From positions 1 to 39,798 of IMG/VR virus record IMGVR_UViG_3300020045_004557: a DNA stretch of 39,798 nucleotides, one strand, 5' to 3'. Below are positions 9,945-18,831 of this stretch, in pieces. The notes under the pieces were generated by a model. It was given only the letters and a program-made list of their open reading frames with translations, was not told where the DNA came from and ran no database searches. Every line of letters starts with the position of its first letter. The first letter of the stretch is position 1. This DNA comes from a virus. Its lineage: Duplodnaviria; Caudoviricetes. A program made the translations under genes and the position numbers.

Positions 9945-10358
9945 TTAATACGTGGTAAACGTTACCGCTCCCGATACTTGCCAACTAACCGGAATTTCCA
10001 GTAAGTTGCCGACCTCTACAGGAATGCCGAGCTTTGTAATAAACATCGAACCCGTGATCTTTGCATAGCCCGAAGTCGTGCCAGTCGGCCCCAGTTGAAA
10101 CGTGACTGTATCGCCCGCGTTATAGATCGCCGTCAACTGCCCGAAGATGGTCGTATCGTGCTTATACGTTGCCTCGATAGTCGCATTCTTATACGATTGT
10201 TCATAATCGCGATAAGTATCGCCAAATACGGTTGCTTCGACCTGTTCGGCATCAAACGAAGCAGTTACGCCGCGTGTCTTTGCCGAAAAGTCTGTGTTAC
10301 TGGAAACGGCCCCGTTTGTTCCGTGTCGCCAATCAGATGAACTGCCGCCTAATGCCAT
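9945..10358 (-). CDS. Tail tube (major tail) protein
   Basis: 137 aa. 'EQVEATVFGDTYRDY', 'ITGSMFIT', 'WQVSGAVT'. Lies directly upstream of the chaperone. Confidence 0.8.
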   Translation of the reverse strand: MALGGSSSDWRHGTNGAVSSNTDFSAKTRGVTASFDAEQVEATVFGDTYRDYEQSYKNATIEATYKHDTTIFGQLTAIYNAGDTVTFQLGPTGTTSGYAKITGSMFITKLGIPVEVGNLLEIPVSWQVSGAVTFTTY

Positions 10359-10379
10359 AATAGTTGCTCCTTATTTCAA

Positions 10380-11105
10380 TTATCTGCGGGCAAAGGCCGC
10401 ACTAACTAAAGTTGTGTCACCACCAGTTATTACCGACACCAGCCGGATATATCGGCTAACCGTTGTTCCGGTTGCGACCGTTGCCGAACCGGAAGAATGA
10501 GCCGCCGATAAATTGTTGACCGCCGCCCCTGTAAGATCGCTCCAGGACGAGTTATCAGTCGAATGTTGTACTTTGAAATCACAATCCGATGCCGTGTTGT
10601 TATGTAAATGAACGTGAAAGACGCCGCCATTCGTTGTTCCCGCCGTATTGTCAACACTCGTGCCGTTCGTCGTGCCGGAATTAAGCTGCACGTTGGCAAG
10701 CCATTTGCCGAATGCGATCCCGTTAGTAGCCTGAAACTCCGCGTTCACGGTTATCAACTGGCCTGTGATTGTATCAATGGCATACTTCAACTGCGGCCCG
10801 TCCATCATAATCGCCGGAGCATCAACGGCAACCGTGCCCAGTGATGCCGTAACTACGTTTGATGTTCCCGCATCATACGCCGCTTTGAATACATCGTGAA
10901 TATCGTCAGCATTTACCGCGTCCGCTGAGAACAAGCCTTCCGCCGAGATCATTCCTGTACGATAGCCAAATTCAAACGACTTGTAGGTATTGCAAAGCAC
11001 CGTCGCATCTAGTGCCTCAGTCTCAGCCGTTGGTGTAAACGATTTTAGAAAGCACGCTAACTGCACGCCGTTCATTAGAAACGAATTTGATTGAGCGATT
11101 GCCAT
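10380..11105 (-). CDS. Second tail-tube-like protein with an extra C-terminal beta domain
   Basis: N-terminal 'EALDATVLCNTYKSF' parallels 'EQVEATVFGDTYRDY' of the neighbour. C-terminal 'FKVQHSTDNSSWSDL...RYIR'. Confidence 0.65.
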   Translation of the reverse strand: MAIAQSNSFLMNGVQLACFLKSFTPTAETEALDATVLCNTYKSFEFGYRTGMISAEGLFSADAVNADDIHDVFKAAYDAGTSNVVTASLGTVAVDAPAIMMDGPQLKYAIDTITGQLITVNAEFQATNGIAFGKWLANVQLNSGTTNGTSVDNTAGTTNGGVFHVHLHNNTASDCDFKVQHSTDNSSWSDLTGAAVNNLSAAHSSGSATVATGTTVSRYIRLVSVITGGDTTLVSAAFARR

Positions 11106-11299
11106 TATTCAGTCTCTTCTGTTTCTTTGACCGCCTTTGCCTCGATTGGCTCGATAGCTTTCATTTCCAGATAAGCGTCGATATCGCCTTTAGTAAGCGA
11201 TGATGCTGGGATCGTAACGCCAGCTTCAAAGCGTTTGCCCATTGCCGTATCAAGGCCGGTCAATGCGAGATATTTTGCTGCTTTCTTTGGGTCTGCCAT
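11105..11299 (-). CDS. Small hypothetical virion-module protein
   Basis: 64 aa, tightly coupled to both neighbours. Confidence 0.75.
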   Translation of the reverse strand: MADPKKAAKYLALTGLDTAMGKRFEAGVTIPASSLTKGDIDAYLEMKAIEPIEAKAVKETEETE

Positions 11300-11728
11300 T
11301 TAATCGGTGTAAACGTCTAAATAAAATCCGTGATGATAAATTGCCCGATCCCCGGCCTGTTCGATAAAGTTTGGTATCTCGCCCGTTCGCCTTACCCTTT
11401 GCGTTGTATTGCCCGATATCGAAAGCGTTGTACCTATTGCCGTTTCTGCGGCTGTCAAAATATCCTCGGCAAGCGATGGCGGTGATAGCGTTGTACTCGA
11501 GTCTTTATCGACAACCGCCTTGATAAGCCATAGATCGCGTTCGCCTATCAGATTGTTAGCTAACGCATAATCAACCTCTGCCGGGATCCGCGTTAGCACC
11601 AGATACGGCATTGCCGTGCCGTCCTTGACGGTCATAAAGTGAATACCGCCCGTTGCTAACGTTGTCACATTCGAAACGTTTAACGCCGCGTATAATGCCG
11701 TTCGTATCTTTTCGCTTATAGCTGACAT
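11300..11728 (-). CDS. Tail terminator (DUF3168 / gp17-like)
   Basis: 'IRTALYAAL', 'MPYLVL', 'IYHHG' and position in the neck module. Confidence 0.7.
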   Translation of the reverse strand: MSAISEKIRTALYAALNVSNVTTLATGGIHFMTVKDGTAMPYLVLTRIPAEVDYALANNLIGERDLWLIKAVVDKDSSTTLSPPSLAEDILTAAETAIGTTLSISGNTTQRVRRTGEIPNFIEQAGDRAIYHHGFYLDVYTD

Positions 11729-12141
11729 CAGATCGCATCTTCTAACTCACAGACCGCTTCATTTATTACGCCGCTCTCGTTGCCAATAACAATGACCTTA
11801 AATATCTTGTCCGGTTGATTGCCGCGAGCCATTACCTTTAATCGGTCGTTCGTTGTAACGTCGAGCAAATAGGTAAACTGATTCGTCGGGAACGTAAAAG
11901 CATATTGCATTTTACTTGTGATCCTATCGCCCTGCGTTACCTTGACGCCACCCAAAGGTGAATACGTGCAAGGTATCAAATCGCCGTTAGCAACATCGTC
12001 CTGACCGGCATTGATCTGTCCGCCGCCGCCGTCCGATGTAAGAACGTCTCGCATTACGTACATCGAATCGGGAAAGACCTTTGCAGCGATCTTTGGCACT
12101 ATCTGCTCGCCCAACTTGTCAAAGACCTTTGCTAAACTCAT
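11728..12141 (-). CDS. Head closure / stopper protein
   Basis: 'SDGGGG' motif, 'DVTTNDRL' and position. Confidence 0.65.
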   Translation of the reverse strand: MSLAKVFDKLGEQIVPKIAAKVFPDSMYVMRDVLTSDGGGGQINAGQDDVANGDLIPCTYSPLGGVKVTQGDRITSKMQYAFTFPTNQFTYLLDVTTNDRLKVMARGNQPDKIFKVIVIGNESGVINEAVCELEDAI

Positions 12142-12450
12142 TTACGACCTCTGCAATCGCATCGTATTGCCACCTGCCCAATCAAGCCGCTCAAGCAGAA
12201 CTGCAAGGTTTTTACGAATATCATTCTTTTGATCGTTGTACTTGATCTCGGCCCCGAAGTTTTTCAAATTAGGATGGATGTTCGTAAAGTCATCCGTTAT
12301 GCCGTCAAACCGCTCGATCTGATCCTCAACCGCCGTCTGCCGCGTCGAAGTGAAATCCGTCGACAGCAAGGAAAGCTGGTACTCGATATGCGATGGCGAT
12401 ACGCCTAATATCTGCGAAACTTTGAATTGGTTCTCTTCACTCAGCGCCAT
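12142..12450 (-). CDS. Head-tail adaptor-like protein
   Basis: 102-aa helical-looking protein at the adaptor position. Assigned by synteny only. Confidence 0.5.
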   Translation of the reverse strand: MALSEENQFKVSQILGVSPSHIEYQLSLLSTDFTSTRQTAVEDQIERFDGITDDFTNIHPNLKNFGAEIKYNDQKNDIRKNLAVLLERLDWAGGNTMRLQRS

Positions 12451-12457
12451 AGCTCAT

Positions 12458-12700
12458 TTACTTTGCCTTTCGCGTTCGTTTCTTTGTTGTCGCGTAGGTC
12501 GTCGTCGGGTTCTCAGCCGCAAACTCATCGCTAACAAACTCGCCCGTTGCCGCCGATTTGAATACTTCCGTCGGCAAACTGCCATCAACATATCCCGCCG
12601 CCCTGTATGCTGCTACATCGCTAAGCGGTACTTGACGATTAACAAGATCGCCTGAATCATCAAACGCGGGGCCGTGCATTGTAACAAATGTTTTCGCCAT
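12458..12700 (-). CDS. Small hypothetical protein after the capsid gene
   Basis: ATG at 12700. Contains 'KSAATGEFV...ENPTTT' and a basic tail. Confidence 0.65.
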   Translation of the reverse strand: MAKTFVTMHGPAFDDSGDLVNRQVPLSDVAAYRAAGYVDGSLPTEVFKSAATGEFVSDEFAAENPTTTYATTKKRTRKAK

Positions 12701-12716
12701 AATGTGAAAGGTGAGA

Positions 12717-12748
12717 ATCAAGGGCGATTGGAATATATCGCCCTTGAT
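12717..12748 (-). terminator. 12-bp hairpin downstream of the major capsid gene (terminator or mRNA stabiliser)
   Basis: Perfect inverted repeat ATCAAGGGCGAT / ATCGCCCTTGAT. The U-tract is weak. Confidence 0.55.
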
Positions 12749-12760
12749 GTTTAGCCGACT

Positions 12761-13930
12761 TTAGCCGATAAGCGTTGCGATCAGATGCGGGTTCGCCGCC
12801 TTAACGCCGTACAGTACGCGAAGCTCCCAGGAACTCTGCATATACTGGCCGTATCGGGCAAGCTGGAATACCAAGCCGCTCTTGGCATCCTGCACGACAG
12901 CGGTATCAGCCGCTCCATCGTTGCCTGTTTCTGGAGCTCTCATTACAAGGTGCAAGCCGTTGCGCTGTAATGCGATATTCGGCGTATAGGTTGCAGTTGT
13001 CGTGATCGCTTTCGTTGCCGCTGACATTGCGAGCCTCAAACCCGGAGCCCCGATGTCGATAGAACCGCCGTCAGATACATCAGTATCGCCTTCGGTTACA
13101 ACGTATTTATGAGCGGCATTTTCACCCGCAAAGGTGAGAACGTCACCAGCAAGGATCGTACCCGTGCCAGCGGCGGTCAATGCCAGCGTTTTGATGCCAG
13201 CCGCATAACCGGCATTGCTAACCGTGCTTGACGATGCCGTGCCTGCCGTGTGTGTCGTGATCGGATACGATTCGTGAATATCAAAACCGTAGAGATTCGG
13301 GATAAAGCCCGTCCGAGCCGAATCCGTGCCGCCTGCCTCGTTCGCCTTAAATGCAAAGGTTTGCTTTGAGAGCAAATTGGCATAACCTGCCGGGCCGAGC
13401 ACCATATGCCGATCATTGAGCGGTGCACCGTTATCATTGAGAATGCGGCGAACGTTTGCCAAATCTGACATATCGTTAGCGGTATTAAACGGCGACGTTG
13501 CCGCTGTGCCGTATGCCCGCGAACTATTCTTATATGCTTCCGTCCAAAGAGCGGATTCGATCTCATTGACCAATGCCCGCATCCCCTGTTCGATGGTCTG
13601 CTCAAATACATCGCGATAAGACGCGATGTCGCCGTTCTCAAGCGAACGCATTTCCTCGCCCGTCCAATTCCACGAATACTTTTTGAGATTTGTCATCTCA
13701 ATAGTACCCGCCGTTGGCGTGATATCCGTACCAGCCGGAGCCGTTGCCGCCGGTGTTACCGATGAGGTCGTACCCGCTGGCACGATAGGATATTTTACGT
13801 CCTGATCTTTTGCTGCCCTTGCCGCCGATACATTGCGATAAGACGCGCCGATAAAGCCCGTCAACTCGCGACCGACTACGTTTGCTCGATCTTGAAGGAT
13901 CGGCAGAATGTTACTAAAATCGTTTGCCAT
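12761..13930 (-). CDS. Major capsid protein (P22 coat-like, HK97 fold)
   Basis: 389 aa after the scaffold gene. 'VGRELTGFI', 'LNDNGAP', 'GTILAGDVLTFAG', 'LYGVKA'. Confidence 0.9.
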   Translation of the reverse strand: MANDFSNILPILQDRANVVGRELTGFIGASYRNVSAARAAKDQDVKYPIVPAGTTSSVTPAATAPAGTDITPTAGTIEMTNLKKYSWNWTGEEMRSLENGDIASYRDVFEQTIEQGMRALVNEIESALWTEAYKNSSRAYGTAATSPFNTANDMSDLANVRRILNDNGAPLNDRHMVLGPAGYANLLSKQTFAFKANEAGGTDSARTGFIPNLYGFDIHESYPITTHTAGTASSSTVSNAGYAAGIKTLALTAAGTGTILAGDVLTFAGENAAHKYVVTEGDTDVSDGGSIDIGAPGLRLAMSAATKAITTTATYTPNIALQRNGLHLVMRAPETGNDGAADTAVVQDAKSGLVFQLARYGQYMQSSWELRVLYGVKAANPHLIATLIG

Positions 13931-13961
13931 AATAATAAGCTCCTAGAAGTGTTTTGATCTT

Positions 13962-14678
13962 TTACGTTATCTTGCCGCCCGCTTCGCTAAATGCTGTTCG
14001 CTCCAATGTTGATGCACTGTCCCATTGCTGTCGCGTCCATTGCTGCGACCCAGCCGAGCCGCCGTTCGTTTCACTTCCAGAAGCCCCACTTCCCGAAGCA
14101 CCGTTTGCTGAGAATAGAAATGGCGATTTTGCCTTAAGGCTTTCGACCGCTGTTTCCAATTCTTTGGCATCCCCGATGCCGCCCTTGAGCTTTAACGAAA
14201 ACCCTGAGTCATCGCTTGCAAGCTCGATCTGATTATCAATATCGACCAAAGCATACGCTGCCCGGTCTGCCAGAACGCCTTTCTCGACAAGGTAGTTCTG
14301 TAATCTTTCCCGCTTGAGGTTGGAGAGTAATTTGTCTCGATCCGCCGTCGCCGCCTGCAATTCGTTCGCGTGACGTTCCTCAAGTTTCTTTTTCAAAGTC
14401 TCGTATTCACCACGAGCGGCCATTCCCTCTTCGTCGGCTTTCTTTGCGGCCTCAATAGCCGCTTTCGCCGCGTCCGGGTCAAGATCGCCGTACTTTGCTA
14501 AAAGTGCTTGCTTTTCTTTCAAGTCCTTTAGCAGTTCGTCGCGTTTCGCCTTTAACCCGCTAACATCCTCATAATCGGCATCGAGCTTATAGCCGTCGCC
14601 GTCTTTGATGTATTCGGTTTTCAATGCCTCTGATAACTTCTCGAAATCGGCCTCGCCGATGCGTGTTTTGAGTGCCAT
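13962..14678 (-). CDS. Capsid scaffolding protein
   Basis: Charged coiled-coil protein. 'DVSGLK', 'PFLF...ASGSGASG', C-terminal 'GGKIT'. Start moved to ATG 14678. Confidence 0.85.
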   Translation of the reverse strand: MALKTRIGEADFEKLSEALKTEYIKDGDGYKLDADYEDVSGLKAKRDELLKDLKEKQALLAKYGDLDPDAAKAAIEAAKKADEEGMAARGEYETLKKKLEERHANELQAATADRDKLLSNLKRERLQNYLVEKGVLADRAAYALVDIDNQIELASDDSGFSLKLKGGIGDAKELETAVESLKAKSPFLFSANGASGSGASGSETNGGSAGSQQWTRQQWDSASTLERTAFSEAGGKIT

Positions 14679-14729
14679 ATTGTTTTGAGCCTTGCCCTTG
14701 TGTGCCGACCTTATCGGCGGTGTGTGATT

Positions 14730-14808
14730 AAAAACAGAAAAGCCCGCTAAGTAGCAAGCCATTTGCCTGATACCTAGCGGGCGGTGATCCTTAACGGATG
14801 GTGACCCT
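14730..14808 (-). ncRNA. Conserved leader RNA / attenuator, copy A
   Basis: AGGGUCAC, small hairpin, CACC, then a GCCCGC/GCGGGC stem with U-tract. Homologous to 19398-19468. Confidence 0.7.
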
Positions 14809-14824
14809 TTGTTGTCCTAATTAG

Positions 14825-14852
14825 ATTTTACGCAAAGCGTGACGTTTGTCAA
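14825..14852 (-). promoter_or_regulatory. Sigma70-type promoter for the scaffold/capsid operon
   Basis: TTGACA-16-TAAAAT. Confidence 0.7.
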
Positions 14853-14866
14853 TAAGAAAATATCGC

Positions 14867-15220
14867 CTAACCTAACGCCTCTTGTACGATAACTGTGAAA
14901 TATGTTCGTTCGTTGTTCTTGTCAACGGGCCAGTACAATACATTCGAACCATAGACTAGCTTTAACTCGCCCTTATACGTACCCGCCGTATCCGGTATCG
15001 TTGCCGCCGTCCAGGTGTGATACGCTTCGCCTTCATTCGTGACTTGATTGCGTTTCGTTACCGCTGCGGCAGATATTACGGCGGTCGAGCCTTTCGAGAT
15101 ATTCATTGTCACGGTGTAATTCGTTAGATCGACCGTACCGTCAACATCCCGAAGCGTGAAGTCGATTATCTTGCCGACCTCATCTATCTTTACAACGTGA
15201 GTTAAATTGTATTGGCTCAT
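14867..15220 (-). CDS. BppU-N-like beta-sandwich structural protein
   Basis: 'VDLTNYTV', 'AGTYKGEL' pattern. Confidence 0.6.
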   Translation of the reverse strand: MSQYNLTHVVKIDEVGKIIDFTLRDVDGTVDLTNYTVTMNISKGSTAVISAAAVTKRNQVTNEGEAYHTWTAATIPDTAGTYKGELKLVYGSNVLYWPVDKNNERTYFTVIVQEALG

Positions 15221-15224
15221 ATTA

Positions 15225-16673
15225 TTACGATACCTCGATCTGCTGTCGCCCGGTTGCTACTTCTATCGTCTGCGTTCCCGTGCCGATCTCTAACAAACTG
15301 CGGCCCTCAGATACTACCAGATAGAATGGCATATTCGGGAAGTTTATGAAATTAAATTCTACGGCATTGCCGGTTAGAACATACGACCCTGCAGCGGCGG
15401 TCATTATTCGACCGTATGCCAGATTTGCGGCATTGCCTGTTAACGCATACGAACCATTTGCCGCAGTGATAAGGTGATCGTGCCTCAGTCCTGCCGCGTT
15501 ACCCGTGAATGTGTAACTGCCTGCGGTTGCCGTGATAAACCGCCCGTAGACGAACGCCGCCGCATTGCCAGTCAAGACGTAAGCCCCGGCTGCCGCCGCC
15601 ATTAAATGAGCGTGACGCATTGCCGCATCATTACCGCTTAATGCGTAGCTCCCAGCAACTGCCGCTAGTACACGCCCGTATTTTAGACTTGCCGCGTTGC
15701 CGGTTAATGCGTAGATCCCCGAAGCCGCCGCCATCAAATGAGCGTGCAATAAGTTCGCGGCATTTCCGGTTAGTGCATAACTGCCACTCGACGCCGCCAT
15801 ACTAAAGCCACGCCTGAGAGCAACGTCATTGCCCGTCAGTGCATAGCTGCCACTCGCCACTGTGAGCAGTCGCCCATATTCGAGCGATGCATCGTTACCC
15901 GTGAGAGAGTAACTACCGGAGGCGGCTACGACTTTGTAACCGACCTTTAGGCTTGCGGCGTTGCCAGTGATCGCATAACTACCAGCCGATGCCACCATCG
16001 GATAGCCGCGAAGCAATCCCGCCGCATTGCCCGTGACCGTGTACGCCCCACTTTCACCAACCAGCCGCCACGTTCGCGGCATTGTGACGGCATTTCCTGT
16101 CAAGGCATACGAGCCTGCCGAAGCGGTCATCGTAAAGCCTTTATACAATCCAACAGCGTTGCCGGTTAGCGAATATTCGCCCGCTGTCGCTGTCAATAAT
16201 CGTCCGTACTTGAGACTCGCATCGTTGCCTGTAACGGCATAACTACCGCTTGCGGCGGACATCGTAAAGCCTTTACGCAGATCGGCAGCGTTGCCAGTGA
16301 GAGTGTAACTTCCCGAATCGGCGGCCAGTTTGTACGTTCGCGGGAATGTAGCCGCGTTACCCGTCAAGGTGTAAACGCCCGCCGCCGCTACCATTGGATA
16401 GCCGCGATATAATCCTGCCGTGTTTCCCGTGACGGCGTATGACCCTGACGCGGTGGTTAGTCTATACCCAACCTTTAACGATGCGGCGTTTCCGGTGACA
16501 GCGTAAGACCCTGCTGACGCCGTGAGTTTATAGCCAACCTTTAGGCTTGCCGTGTTTCCCGTTACCGCATACGATCCCGCGTCGGCGGTCATCGTGTAAT
16601 GCGTTAATGGCAACGGCAACGGTGGCCATTTTGTATGCGCCCTTATTGGAAATCCGCGTCCGTGCCGTGCCAT
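15225..16673 (-). CDS. Repetitive fibre-like protein with 19 x 22-aa repeats
   Basis: Repeat consensus is about YxLTAAxGSYxLTGNAAxLxxG. Confidence 0.8.
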   Translation of the reverse strand: MARHGRGFPIRAHTKWPPLPLPLTHYTMTADAGSYAVTGNTASLKVGYKLTASAGSYAVTGNAASLKVGYRLTTASGSYAVTGNTAGLYRGYPMVAAAGVYTLTGNAATFPRTYKLAADSGSYTLTGNAADLRKGFTMSAASGSYAVTGNDASLKYGRLLTATAGEYSLTGNAVGLYKGFTMTASAGSYALTGNAVTMPRTWRLVGESGAYTVTGNAAGLLRGYPMVASAGSYAITGNAASLKVGYKVVAASGSYSLTGNDASLEYGRLLTVASGSYALTGNDVALRRGFSMAASSGSYALTGNAANLLHAHLMAAASGIYALTGNAASLKYGRVLAAVAGSYALSGNDAAMRHAHLMAAAAGAYVLTGNAAAFVYGRFITATAGSYTFTGNAAGLRHDHLITAANGSYALTGNAANLAYGRIMTAAAGSYVLTGNAVEFNFINFPNMPFYLVVSEGRSLLEIGTGTQTIEVATGRQQIEVS

Positions 16674-16678
16674 TTACT

Positions 16679-17386
16679 TTAATAGGTGCTTGCTCTGTTT
16701 ACTGCTTGTCGGGCGAATATGTTGGGCGGGAATGCGGATATCGCCGTATAGGTGACCCGAACCTCGCCTCTGGCTCCGGCCTTGCCAATGCCGATGATCC
16801 CTATGTTTCCGCCGCCGCCACCGCCGCCGATGGTCGAGCCGGCTACTTCTTGGTTGCCACCATTGCCGCCGCCGACTGAGCCACCTGTGCCGCCAGTAGT
16901 AGTAGAAGCGTTTCCACCGTCATTTGCTGTGCCGGCCCCACCGCCGCCGCCGCCTGCGGGGCCTCCTGAATTGCCTGCTCCTACGCCGCCAGAAAATTTT
17001 GTATCTCCAACTCCAGATGCCGCAGCCCCACCCGCCGACGTTGATGATGATCCCTTTAGGCCACCTGTTCCACCTTTCGCCAAAACGGTAGCGGTATCAA
17101 TAAACCAAGAGTCATTACCGACGCCGCCGTCAACGCCAACATTTCCACCAGCACCACCCGTTCCGACCGTGACCGTGTAGTTATTGCCCGGCGTAACTGC
17201 GATAGTGTTTTTCTTGCTGTACGCACCACCACCACCACCAGCACCACCGTTAGCAGCTCTACCGCTATCAAAACTCCCACCACCACCGCCACCGCCGCCT
17301 TGACACTCAGCATAATCCACAGATGTAACGCCTGCCGGGCAAGTCCACGTTCCTGACGCTGTGAATGTATCGGTTACTACAGCCAT
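16679..17386 (-). CDS. Glycine-rich virion-type protein
   Basis: 'TFTASGTWTCPAGVTSV', 'VTPGNNYTVTVGTGG', poly-Gly runs, 'GARGEVRVTY'. Confidence 0.8.
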   Translation of the reverse strand: MAVVTDTFTASGTWTCPAGVTSVDYAECQGGGGGGGGSFDSGRAANGGAGGGGGAYSKKNTIAVTPGNNYTVTVGTGGAGGNVGVDGGVGNDSWFIDTATVLAKGGTGGLKGSSSTSAGGAAASGVGDTKFSGGVGAGNSGGPAGGGGGGAGTANDGGNASTTTGGTGGSVGGGNGGNQEVAGSTIGGGGGGGNIGIIGIGKAGARGEVRVTYTAISAFPPNIFARQAVNRASTY

Positions 17387-18025
17387 TTATGCAAATGTCC
17401 TTGCTCGTATCACGCGAGGAGTGCGAGAGAATACACTATTTATCACCTCGACCGTCCGCCATATCTTTTGATTTAAAAGCATCTCTTTAACCGCATCTGA
17501 CCGCCCATCATTGACCTCTAAAACAAGCACCCCATTTGGTTTAAGGAAATCAGGGATATCGGCTATAAAACGCTTTGTCATTGCAAGGCCGTCATCAGTC
17601 TGACCGCTAAATGATTCCGCAGGGCCGTACACAAATCCAGGATCAAGATCCGCGATCTGATCGTCCGTAAAATACGGCGGTGACATAACTATCAAGTCAA
17701 ATAACTGCGGCCTGACATTCCCAAACACATCGGACTCGATAAACTCGATCCGGCCGTCCACTCCAAACTTACGGGTATTCGCCTTTGCAACCTCAAGAGC
17801 CTTAGCCGAAATATCAACTGCTACCGCTATTGCGTCTGTGCGTCTGCCGAGAATGCAAGTAACGAGATTGGCCGAACCAGTCCCAACATCGCAGATATGA
17901 GGTCGGTTAACACCCTGTAAGCTCTCTACACTCGTATACACCAGCAACTCTGCGTCAGGGTACGGCCTTAATACGTCGTCAGTAACGTCAAAATTAAGAC
18001 CGCAGAATTTAACCGTACCGATCAC
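17387..18025 (-). CDS. PrmC/HemK-like SAM-dependent methyltransferase, catalytic domain only
   Basis: 'FCGLNFDVTDDVLRPYPDAELLV', 'DVGTGSA', 'AVDISAKALEVAKAN', 'FDLIVMSPPY', 'DGL', 'LKPNGVLVLEV'. The start is either GTG 18025 or TTG 18106. Confidence 0.85.
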   Translation of the reverse strand: MIGTVKFCGLNFDVTDDVLRPYPDAELLVYTSVESLQGVNRPHICDVGTGSANLVTCILGRRTDAIAVAVDISAKALEVAKANTRKFGVDGRIEFIESDVFGNVRPQLFDLIVMSPPYFTDDQIADLDPGFVYGPAESFSGQTDDGLAMTKRFIADIPDFLKPNGVLVLEVNDGRSDAVKEMLLNQKIWRTVEVINSVFSRTPRVIRARTFA

Positions 18026-18033
18026 CTCTCTCT

Positions 18034-18216
18034 CTACTGAACACGGCAATCCGAGCCGATAATACCGAACTGATTCCAGTTGTACTGAGATTTTGCACTC
18101 GCACAAATGACTGTTACCGCTACCGCTGGACGAACGCTTTTGCTTGAAGGCGTCAATCTGTCTGAGGCCATCAATCCGGTTAATATCAACATCGCTGTAA
18201 TTGCTATCATTTTCAT
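18034..18216 (-). CDS. Small peptide with a hydrophobic, signal-like N-terminus
   Basis: AGGAG ribosome-binding site before ATG 18216. 60 aa. Confidence 0.55.
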   Translation of the reverse strand: MKMIAITAMLILTGLMASDRLTPSSKSVRPAVAVTVICASAKSQYNWNQFGIIGSDCRVQ

Positions 18217-18255
18217 AGTTTCATCTCCTGTTTTTTTTCTGCTCTACTACATTTC

Positions 18256-18759
18256 TTAAAACTCACACTCGATCCAACAATACGCATCAACCGCCGCCCC
18301 TGCGTGTACGATGACCCGCGTTGCGTTACCAATGACCATCAGCGGCTCCTGACCAAGCGGAAACTGATAAATGTACTGATTCGTCGGTGCGACAAACTGA
18401 CAGTCGAACATTCGCGAAACGGCGATAGATCCCTCTGCCGTACAGGTGTAACCCGTTGCAGATGTACCCATCGTCAGCCCTGCGACAGATGCCGCTGCCT
18501 GATCTGCACCACCCATCTTAACGCACCCCGCGTCAACGTGTGCCGTCACCGTGCCGAATACCGTGCCTGTCTCGACAAGTTCACACTTAATAGGCGTTGC
18601 CGCCGCCGAACCGTTGAACGAGATGCCCCACGCGATGATCTTGCCGATATTGAAAGGCTTAAGCTGTAACAGCGTCTTAATAGCCGTGCCAGTCGTTACC
18701 GCAACCTGTGCCGCCGTTGTTGGACTTGGGCCGTTGAATATTTTGAAACGTGATGCCAT
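18256..18759 (-). CDS. Hypothetical virion accessory protein
   Basis: 167 aa, beta-rich, ends 'CWIECEF'. GAGG ribosome-binding site. Confidence 0.75.
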   Translation of the reverse strand: MASRFKIFNGPSPTTAAQVAVTTGTAIKTLLQLKPFNIGKIIAWGISFNGSAAATPIKCELVETGTVFGTVTAHVDAGCVKMGGADQAAASVAGLTMGTSATGYTCTAEGSIAVSRMFDCQFVAPTNQYIYQFPLGQEPLMVIGNATRVIVHAGAAVDAYCWIECEF

Positions 18760-18831
18760 TTTGTGTTACCTCAAAAGAAAGGCCGCCGCTGCAAACGCGA
18801 ACGGCCTCAATGGTTAAAACGAACCGCGAAA

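Noticed and set aside
14730-14808. c-di-GMP-I or ZTP riboswitch (GGUCAC/GGGUC start)
   Set aside because: The core consensus elements of those aptamers are not present. It is kept as an unassigned motif.
16547-17313. Pro-rich plus-strand ORFs and alternative-frame ORFs over the Gly-rich gene
   Set aside because: They are antisense or frame shadows of Gly codon runs. The same applies to most other plus-strand ORFs in the track.
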